DNA of 32,000 bases, from the NCBI GenBank assembly GCA_963675515.1, contig OY776328.1, positions 2,340,001 to 2,372,000 on the forward strand. Reading direction: 5' to 3'. The stretch comes from Coprobacillaceae bacterium (GTDB lineage: Bacteria; Bacillota_I; Bacilli_A; Erysipelotrichales; Coprobacillaceae). The position numbers were made by a program, and so were the translations under genes. Below are positions 25,959 through 32,000 of the stretch, one piece after another. Each line of letters opens with the position of its first letter. The stretch's first letter is position 1. Under the pieces are notes generated by a model. It saw nothing but the letters and a program-made list of their open reading frames with translations. It did no database searches and was not told where the DNA came from.

Positions 25959-26134
25959 TGCTGTCTCCTTAATCGTAATAATATCAATTATACCCCTTTT
26001 TATTGATGGCGACAACCGCTATCAATTAAGATGACGGCATATTTCAATTTTAAGCGATTTTGCCGGTTGCCCTTTTATCCTTTTCCCAAATCTACCGGCA
26101 TGAAGTGCATCTTGCAGGTCAAAAGCGGGCTAGC

Positions 26135-27166
26135 TCATAATTCTTCGTGATTGGCAAGGTGATTTTCCAGGATGTTTTTCTGGAAGTTGAACCGGTAGCC
26201 ATCCCCGTCATGATTGACAAGACCATCATTGACCAGGGGAGCCAGAGCCGATTCGATTTCGCTTTGGGTTTTTCCGCAATGTCCGGCCAGCTTTCTGGCT
26301 GTGACCCTATCAAGATTGAAATGGTTCAGGATTTCCCGGGTTGATTCGTATCTACTTGCAAGTGCTATCTGGCTTTGAATGACCAGATTTTCCTTATCGG
26401 TCCGCCGAAGTTTCTTGATGTTTGCCTCCCTGGACATCGCCTGGGACTTGTTGAATGCCTTTTCCAGGTAGACAAGTTCAACCGGTCCCTTGGCCCTGGT
26501 GTACTTCGAGGCTGATTTGTTGTTGTGGGCATCCAGCCGCTTTTCAATATCATTGGTCCAGCCAGTATACAGGCTGCCGTTTGCGCATCTAAGTATATAG
26601 GTGCAATTGTCATCAAGGATGTCTTTTAGATGAATGTTCAACTGGCACACCGGCAGGCCGACGACATTGTAATAATCGCCTTCGATCCGTCTGACAAACA
26701 GGGCGCCCAATCCCTGGATTCCATAGGACCCAGCCTTGTCGAGCGGTTCTCCTGTTTCGATATAGTCCGCAATTTCCTTGCTTTTAAGCTTGATGAATTC
26801 AACCGCCGTCTTTTCAAAAAAGGTGAATATCTGTCCCAGGTACAAGATGGCCACCCCGCTGTACACTTCATGTTTCCGACCTGAGAGCATCTTGAGCATC
26901 CTGAAGGCATCTTTCTTGTCCTTCGGTTTGCCTAGGATCTTATCGTTGGCAACCACTATCGTGTCCCCGCATATGACCAGGCGGTCAGGTTTATCGTCAT
27001 CCAAAAAAGCCTTAGCTTTCTGTCTGGCTATATCCATCGCAATCTCGCCAAACGTACCTTGAGTTATCTTCTCTTCGACTTCCCGTACCTCCACTGTGAA
27101 TGGGTGGCCTGTAAGCTCCAGGAGCTCCCTGCGCCGGGGCGAAGCTGATCCTAAAATTATTTCCAT
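26135..27166 (-). CDS. Three-domain fusion: Maf nucleotide pyrophosphatase + GIY-YIG (UPF0213/YazA-YhbQ-like) + C-terminal winged-helix
   Basis: Maf: MEIILGSASPRRRELL...DKAGSYGIQG...VVGLP. GIY-YIG: CTYILRCANGSLYTGWTNDIEKRLDAHN...KYTRAKGPVELVYLE...REANIKKL. C-terminal: LDRVTARKLAGHCGKTQSEIESALAPLVNDGLV. It is one uninterrupted 343-codon ORF. Confidence 0.85.
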   Translation of the reverse strand: MEIILGSASPRRRELLELTGHPFTVEVREVEEKITQGTFGEIAMDIARQKAKAFLDDDKPDRLVICGDTIVVANDKILGKPKDKKDAFRMLKMLSGRKHEVYSGVAILYLGQIFTFFEKTAVEFIKLKSKEIADYIETGEPLDKAGSYGIQGLGALFVRRIEGDYYNVVGLPVCQLNIHLKDILDDNCTYILRCANGSLYTGWTNDIEKRLDAHNNKSASKYTRAKGPVELVYLEKAFNKSQAMSREANIKKLRRTDKENLVIQSQIALASRYESTREILNHFNLDRVTARKLAGHCGKTQSEIESALAPLVNDGLVNHDGDGYRFNFQKNILENHLANHEEL

Positions 27167-27177
27167 AGTCCTCCATC

Positions 27178-27203
27178 AAAAAACCTGAGAGCAACTCAGG
27201 TTT
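27178..27203 (-). terminator. Terminator after galE, abutting the SD of the Maf-fusion gene
   Basis: Minus strand AAACCTGAG-TTGCT-CTCAGGTTTTTT, followed at once by GATGGAGG-ACT-ATG. Confidence 0.65.
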
Positions 27204-27208
27204 TGGTT

Positions 27209-28207
27209 CTACATCCGATTTTTCGCAAAGTTCCAGGAATCCTGGCACATCTGTTCAAGATTTTTGGTCGCCTGCCAACCTAGTTCGACTTTGGCTTTGC
27301 CTGGGTCGGCATAACAGGTCGCAATATCACCGGGCCGGCGCTCTTTTATAACGTAAGGCACCTTAAGACCGCTGACTTTTTCAAACGCCTTGATGACATC
27401 CATGACCGAATATCCAATCCCGGTCCCCAGGTTGGTGATGTTGATTCCGGGCTTATTGTATTTTTCCAGCGCCAACAGATGTCCCTTTGCCAGATCGACC
27501 ACGTGGATGTAGTCACGCACCCCGGTACCATCAGGCGTGTCATAGTCGTCACCGAACACTCCGAGGCTTTCAAGCTGGCCAAGCGCCACTTTCATGATGT
27601 ATGGAACAAGGTTGTTTGGGATCCCTTTGGGATTTTCTCCGATCAGTCCGGATTCATGGGCACCAATAGGGTTGAAGTAACGCAGCAAGGTTACGGTCAT
27701 TTCCGGGTTCGCATGCTGGATGTCGCTCAGGATCCTTTCCATCATCGCCTTCGATGCGCCATATGGGTTGGTCGTGATCCCCAGCGGGGTATCTTCCTTG
27801 ATTGGGACAACTGCCGGGTCACCATAAACTGTCGCGCTTGATGAAAATACGATGTTTTTCACGCCGTGACTTACCATTGCTTCAGTTACGACAAGCGTTC
27901 CCATCAGGTTGGTCGTGTAGTAATCGATTGGCTTTTCCACCGATTCCCCAACCGCCTTCAAGGCCGCGCAGTGGATAACCGCATCGATGTCATGGCTGTC
28001 GAAGACCATATTGACCTTTTCCTTGTCAAGGACATTGAATTCATAGAAGGTGATTCGCTTACCTGTGATTTCTTCGATGTAGTCGCAGACCTCTTTTTTC
28101 GAATTAGACAGATCGTCGATCACCACCACTTCGTGGTTGGCTTGAAGCAATTCCACGCACACATGGCTCCCGATATAACCAGTTCCCCCAGTTACCAATA
28201 CTTTCAT
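27209..28207 (-). CDS. galE: UDP-glucose 4-epimerase
   Basis: MKVLVTGGTGYIGSHVCVELL...SSSATVYG...YGASK... Confidence 0.95.
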   Translation of the reverse strand: MKVLVTGGTGYIGSHVCVELLQANHEVVVIDDLSNSKKEVCDYIEEITGKRITFYEFNVLDKEKVNMVFDSHDIDAVIHCAALKAVGESVEKPIDYYTTNLMGTLVVTEAMVSHGVKNIVFSSSATVYGDPAVVPIKEDTPLGITTNPYGASKAMMERILSDIQHANPEMTVTLLRYFNPIGAHESGLIGENPKGIPNNLVPYIMKVALGQLESLGVFGDDYDTPDGTGVRDYIHVVDLAKGHLLALEKYNKPGINITNLGTGIGYSVMDVIKAFEKVSGLKVPYVIKERRPGDIATCYADPGKAKVELGWQATKNLEQMCQDSWNFAKNRM

Positions 28208-28316
28208 AAGTTCCCCCCAAGTTATCTCAAATAACTTTCTTTCGCTTTAATTGTCACTAAGATTTCAAATATGATTCCCAAACATTATATCACTCCCTAA
28301 AATCCAGTGCAATATT

Positions 28317-28362
28317 TACATATTCCTGTCAACTTTGTCATACATATTCCAGTCAACTTTAT
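28317..28362 (+). repeat. Tandem direct repeat, 22-nt unit with 24-nt period
   Basis: TACATATTCCTGTCAACTTTGT (28317-28338) and TACATATTCCAGTCAACTTTAT (28341-28362), 20/22 identical, just upstream of hsdS cassette A. Confidence 0.6.
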
Positions 28363-28386
28363 ACTTACCCAAAAATGCTCTAAAAT

Positions 28387-28905
28387 ATGCTTAGTTTAAT
28401 TCAATTAGATATACTCGATTGGGAACAGCGAAAGTTAGGCGATATACTCAATGAATTTACAAAGAAATCAAAAATCGAAAATGAATATGAGGTACTTTCT
28501 AGTACAAATTCAGGAATGGAATTTCGAGACGGACGTGTATCAGGATCATCAAATTTGGGATACAAAATTATCGAAGATGGAGATCTGGTTCTATCACCAC
28601 AAAATTTGTGGTTAGGTAATATTAACGTAAATGATATTGGAACTGGCCTAGTTTCGCCAAGTTATAAGACCTTTAAGTTCAACAATATTATTGGCAAATT
28701 TGTTGAGCCTCAATTACGAACAAAAAAAATGCTGGAGGAATATAAGAATGCGTCCACACAAGGAGCGAGCGTTGTTAGACGTAATCTTGACATGGATGCA
28801 TTTAATCAAATAACAATTCGAGCCCCAAAGATTCCAGAGCAAGAAAAAATTGGGCACTTCTTTTCAAATTTGGACAACCTTATCACTCTTCATCAGCGTG
28901 TGTGA
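28387..28905 (+). CDS. hsdS: Type I R-M specificity subunit half-gene A (single target-recognition domain, truncated conserved region); probably a silent cassette
   Basis: ..DWEQRKLGDIL.. TRD ..EQEKIGHFFSNLDNLITLHQRV-stop. There is no SD in front of the ATG at 28387. Confidence 0.7.
   Translation: MLSLIQLDILDWEQRKLGDILNEFTKKSKIENEYEVLSSTNSGMEFRDGRVSGSSNLGYKIIEDGDLVLSPQNLWLGNINVNDIGTGLVSPSYKTFKFNNIIGKFVEPQLRTKKMLEEYKNASTQGASVVRRNLDMDAFNQITIRAPKIPEQEKIGHFFSNLDNLITLHQRV
28876..28904 (+). repeat. Inverted repeat, left copy (candidate recombination site)
   Basis: AACCTTATCACTCTTCATCAGCGTGTGTG. The partner at 29872-29900 is its reverse complement with 1 mismatch (19 nt perfect). Confidence 0.85.
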
Positions 28906-28930
28906 ACAGTCTATAAGGAGAAATTTTCTT

Positions 28931-29857
28931 ATGTTGACAGAAATTAAGAGTGCCGATCTATTTTACCAATATTATTTGCAATGGATTGAAATATATAAGG
29001 CAGGTGCAATTAGAGACGTAACAATGAAAAAGTATTATATGACCCAAAAATGGCTTGAGAAATTAATTCCAAATCTTTCTATAGGGGAAATGAACCGAAT
29101 CAATTATCAACAGTTGTTGAATGATTATGCCTTTTATCACGAACGACAAACAACCATGGATTTTCATCATCAATTGAAAGCCGCAATTATGGACGCTGTC
29201 GATGAAGGCTTGATTGAGCGTGACCCAACTAGGAAAGCGATAATAAAAGGAAAAAGTCCTCGGCCTAAGAAAACAAAATATCTAAATCAGTTTGAGTTAC
29301 ATAAACTACTTAGCAGTTTGGATTTATCTCAACAGGTAAATTGGAGCTGGTTTATATTATTGATTGCAAAAACAGGAATTCGTTTTTCTGAAGCATTGGC
29401 TCTTACCCCAAAAGACTTTGATTTTTCTCATCAGTCACTTTCAATTTCGAAAACCTGGAACTATAAAAGTCATGGTGGTTTCTTGCCCACCAAGAACGAA
29501 TCATCTATCCGAAAGGTACAACTGGATTGGCAAACAGTAATGCAATTTGCTGATCTATTAAAGAATTTACCGGAAGATAAGCCGATATTTGTGAATGGTG
29601 AAACTTATAACTCCACAATAAATGATATTTTAGCTCGGTATTGTGTAAAGTCAGGGGTCCCAGTAATAACTATTCATGGTTTACGTCACACCCACGCATC
29701 ACTTTTGTTGTTTGCTGGTGTTTCAATAGCAAGTGTTGCTAGAAGATTAGGACATGCAAGTATGACAACAACTCAAAAAACATATCTACACATAATTCAA
29801 GAACTTGAAAATAAAGATGTAGATCTGGTAATGCGTCTGCTATCCGGATTAAACTAA
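28931..29857 (+). CDS. Tyrosine recombinase / phage-integrase family (type I R-M associated invertase)
   Basis: TGIRFSEALAL (Arg box), IHGLRHTHASLLLFAGVSIASVARRLGHASMTTTQKTYLH (H-x-x-R ... H ... Y). AAGGAGA lies upstream of the ATG at 28931. Confidence 0.9.
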   Translation: MLTEIKSADLFYQYYLQWIEIYKAGAIRDVTMKKYYMTQKWLEKLIPNLSIGEMNRINYQQLLNDYAFYHERQTTMDFHHQLKAAIMDAVDEGLIERDPTRKAIIKGKSPRPKKTKYLNQFELHKLLSSLDLSQQVNWSWFILLIAKTGIRFSEALALTPKDFDFSHQSLSISKTWNYKSHGGFLPTKNESSIRKVQLDWQTVMQFADLLKNLPEDKPIFVNGETYNSTINDILARYCVKSGVPVITIHGLRHTHASLLLFAGVSIASVARRLGHASMTTTQKTYLHIIQELENKDVDLVMRLLSGLN

Positions 29858-30395
29858 TTATGATATTAAAACACACACGCTGATGAAGAGCGATAAGGTT
29901 ATCTAGGTTCCTGAAAAAGTCACCTATTCTATCCTGTTCCGCTTTTTTTGGGGTCCAAGTATTTAATTCTGAGAAATCTTTTTTATTTACAATTTGCATT
30001 GTTCCTGCGGCTGCAAATTTTTTCATAGTCGCAGACCACAATGAGCTTTCAGTAAATAAAAAGTATGGGTTCGTTTGTTCTTCGTTTGGGACCAATCCAT
30101 TTATCTGTTGGTTGAAACTGCCCACTGTTCCTAACATTGTGTTCTTTCCTATACTTGCAATGCACGTTACAAGTATAGTGTTCTTTGGCACAACTCGACC
30201 TACTTTTTGCCCTTCACTACTCAATTTTTTTATTGTCTCGAACGTGATATTTTCAGAAATGTCAGTCGGAGTAACCCAAGGTATTCCATCATCAGAATAG
30301 TAAGCTTGATTACTTGTAGACGGCGTTGATCCAGTGATAACATTTCCTAGTTCGCCAACCTTACGCTGTTCCCAAGTAAAAAAGAGAAGTAGCAA
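29739..30395 (-). CDS. hsdS: Type I R-M specificity subunit half-gene B (single TRD), downstream of hsdM; the last ~45 codons are antisense read-through into the recombinase gene
   Basis: TTG-LLLFFTWEQRKVGELG.. TRD ..AEQDRIGDFFRNLDNLIALHQRV, then CFNIIISL... HsdS similarity ends at ~29878. Confidence 0.7.
   Translation of the reverse strand: MLLLFFTWEQRKVGELGNVITGSTPSTSNQAYYSDDGIPWVTPTDISENITFETIKKLSSEGQKVGRVVPKNTILVTCIASIGKNTMLGTVGSFNQQINGLVPNEEQTNPYFLFTESSLWSATMKKFAAAGTMQIVNKKDFSELNTWTPKKAEQDRIGDFFRNLDNLIALHQRVCFNIIISLIRIADALPDLHLYFQVLELCVDMFFELLSYLHVLIF
29872..29900 (-). repeat. Inverted repeat, right copy
   Basis: The plus strand reads CACACACGCTGATGAAGAGCGATAAGGTT, the reverse complement of the left copy with 1 mismatch. 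Confidence 0.85.
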
Positions 30396-30408
30396 TCGCC
30401 ACTTCTCT
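30378..30408 (-). terminator. Terminator-like hairpin between hsdM and hsdS-B
   Basis: Minus strand AGAGAAGT-GGCGATTGCT-ACTTCTCT followed by TTTTTT. The only in-frame start (TTG at 30395) sits in the loop. Confidence 0.45.
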
Positions 30409-30420
30409 ATTACGCACTGA

Positions 30421-32000
30421 TTATGCTTTTATCTGTGCTAAAAAGTCTTTTAATTCATTATCTTCTATGCTGGTAGTACCTACCAACTCATCCAGCAAAC
30501 TATAAAGCTCCGCCGTTGTTTTTTCAATTTCATTGCGGTTTGCTTTGATATCACCAGCAATCTCCGATAGCTGTACAACTTCTTCTTCCTCAAATGTGTC
30601 AACATATCTAGGAATATTTAAGTTGAAGTCATTTTCCTTGATTTCCTCAAAACTTGCTAAATGTGCAAATTTTTCAACTGATTCACGATTCACATAAGCT
30701 TTTAGAATTTTACTGATATGATCATCAGTAATAGTATTTTGGTTTTTTCCCTTGTCAAATTCTTGCGATGCATCAATGAATAAAACATCTCGATTGGTTC
30801 GGTTCTTTTTCAGGATTATAACAGTTGTTGGGATACTAGTGTTATAGAAAATATTAGCTGGCATTCCGATAACTGTATCAATTGCACCATCCTCTAAAAG
30901 GTGTTGGCGGATGCGACCTTCAGCATTGCCTCTGAACAATACCCCATGAGGTAAGACAATTGCCATTACCCCTCCATTTTGTTTTAAATGATAGAAACCA
31001 TGAAGAAGGAAAGCAAAGTCGGCCTTAGATTTAGGAGCCAATGCACCAAAGCTTGAAAAACGTGGATCTTGCATAAATCCGGCATCAGCCGACCACTTGG
31101 CCGAATATGGTGGATTCATCAATACTCCATCAAAATCAGTTGGCTCCTGTGTCGGCCAATCATTATCTAAAGTGTCAGCGTTGTGCAGGAATTGATTTTC
31201 AACCGCAACGCCATGAAGAATCATATTCATTCGCGCCAAATTATATGTTGATGTATTCAATTCTTGGCCATAGTACGAAATCGTACCCGGTTCATTACTA
31301 TATTTTTTTGCATTCAACAACAACGATCCTGAGCCCATTGTTGCATCATAAACCGTAAATCCCTTCTTATTCTCCCGGCCATGTAGTACTATTTGCGTCA
31401 TCAGTTTTGCTACAGGTTGTGGTGTATAAAATTCTCCTGCCTTTTTTCCTGAATCACTTGCAAATTGACCTATCAGATACTCATAGGCATCTCCTAAAAT
31501 ATCACCTGCATGAGCTGCCACATCCAAAACCGACAATTCTTTCATAATCGCGGTTACTGTTGCATTCTGCTTCTGAGGTGTTGCGCCTAATTTTTTTGAG
31601 TAAAGATCAATGTCCTCAAATAAATTTTCAAAAGTTTCATTGGCTTGCTCAATATTTCTAAATCCTTGAGCTAACGATTCCAATTGGAACTCGCCATTAT
31701 TTGCGTGATTGACCAATGAGGTAAATGTCAATCCTGGATCAATTGTATAAGAAATTTCTTCCTGCAATACTGACAGCAAGTCATCTTTAGTTTCAACGTC
31801 TTTGTAGGCTTCTTCGTATATTCTTTGAGCCACTTGTAAATCATCTGTTTCTTCTTCCATTACTTTGGCAACGTAAAAAAGCATTTTGTCGGAAAGGTAT
31901 TTGTAAAAGACCAATCCTAAAAGATATGATTTGTATTCATTAGCATCCATTTTTGAGCGCAAAATATCCGCACTATTCCAAAGTGCTTGATATAGAGTTT
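30421..32000 (-). CDS. hsdM: Type I R-M DNA methyltransferase subunit HsdM (N-terminal ~10-20 codons off-window)
   Basis: The frame stays open to the window edge (..LYQALWNSADILRSKMDANEYKSYLLGLVFYKYLSD). SAM motif VYDATMGSGSLL and catalytic LMNPPYSAKW are present. Confidence 0.93.
   Translation of the reverse strand, partial: TLYQALWNSADILRSKMDANEYKSYLLGLVFYKYLSDKMLFYVAKVMEEETDDLQVAQRIYEEAYKDVETKDDLLSVLQEEISYTIDPGLTFTSLVNHANNGEFQLESLAQGFRNIEQANETFENLFEDIDLYSKKLGATPQKQNATVTAIMKELSVLDVAAHAGDILGDAYEYLIGQFASDSGKKAGEFYTPQPVAKLMTQIVLHGRENKKGFTVYDATMGSGSLLLNAKKYSNEPGTISYYGQELNTSTYNLARMNMILHGVAVENQFLHNADTLDNDWPTQEPTDFDGVLMNPPYSAKWSADAGFMQDPRFSSFGALAPKSKADFAFLLHGFYHLKQNGGVMAIVLPHGVLFRGNAEGRIRQHLLEDGAIDTVIGMPANIFYNTSIPTTVIILKKNRTNRDVLFIDASQEFDKGKNQNTITDDHISKILKAYVNRESVEKFAHLASFEEIKENDFNLNIPRYVDTFEEEEVVQLSEIAGDIKANRNEIEKTTAELYSLLDELVGTTSIEDNELKDFLAQIKA

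Noticed and set aside
29739-29877. The last ~45 codons of the hsdS-B ORF as a genuine C-terminal domain
   Set aside because: This stretch is the antisense of the recombinase 3' end beyond the inverted repeat, is hydrophobic nonsense, and has no counterpart in cassette A, which stops right after HQRV.
1-32000. CRISPR arrays, tRNA or rRNA genes, prophage structural genes
   Set aside because: No regularly spaced repeats, cloverleaf-like segments or rRNA-like conserved stretches were seen in any intergenic region. All sizeable gaps are accounted for by promoters, terminators, the IS or the orphan RNA unit.

Overview
The window looks like a low-GC Gram-positive (Bacillota-like) chromosome, judged from strong GGAGG-type ribosome-binding sites (SD), a FeoB-associated Cys-rich peptide and an ECF S-component. 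It is densely coding on both strands. No rRNA, tRNA or CRISPR array was seen.

Gene order, left to right:
- The 5' part of a group II intron sits inside a GH1 6-phospho-beta-glucosidase gene (minus strand), followed by an RpiR regulator.
- A NUDIX gene overlaps the start of a gene for a PLD-nuclease / SF2-helicase / DUF3427-like protein.
- A TspO-like membrane protein and a DUF1722 protein form an operon, followed by a conserved hypothetical gene.
- A feoA-feoB-(Cys-rich peptide) operon with two Fur-box candidates lies divergent from fur.
- A ~4.2 kb segment follows, bounded by ~0.42-0.46 kb direct repeats of the 3' part of fur; the second copy is a decayed fur fragment. It carries an orphan promoter-to-terminator RNA unit, an IS110-family element and kamA-ablB.
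- Then come an amino-acid ABC transporter, nitroreductase-mscL, hcp with a divergent Crp/Fnr regulator, an ECF S-component, dxr and murB.
- These are followed by an orphan very acidic protein, a Maf-GIY-YIG-wHTH fusion protein and galE.
- At ~28.2 kb the DNA shifts by eye to A+T-rich, and a type I R-M locus begins. hsdM runs off the right edge. Two convergent single-TRD hsdS half-genes flank a tyrosine recombinase and share 29-bp inverted repeats.

Best candidates for something new:
- the NUDIX + nuclease-helicase-DUF3427 pair
- the recombinase-centred half-hsdS switch
- the fur-repeat-bounded island with its unexplained ~250-nt transcription unit
- the Maf-GIY-YIG-wHTH fusion with the neighbouring acidic orphan

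All family assignments come from motif reading and memory. No searches were run.
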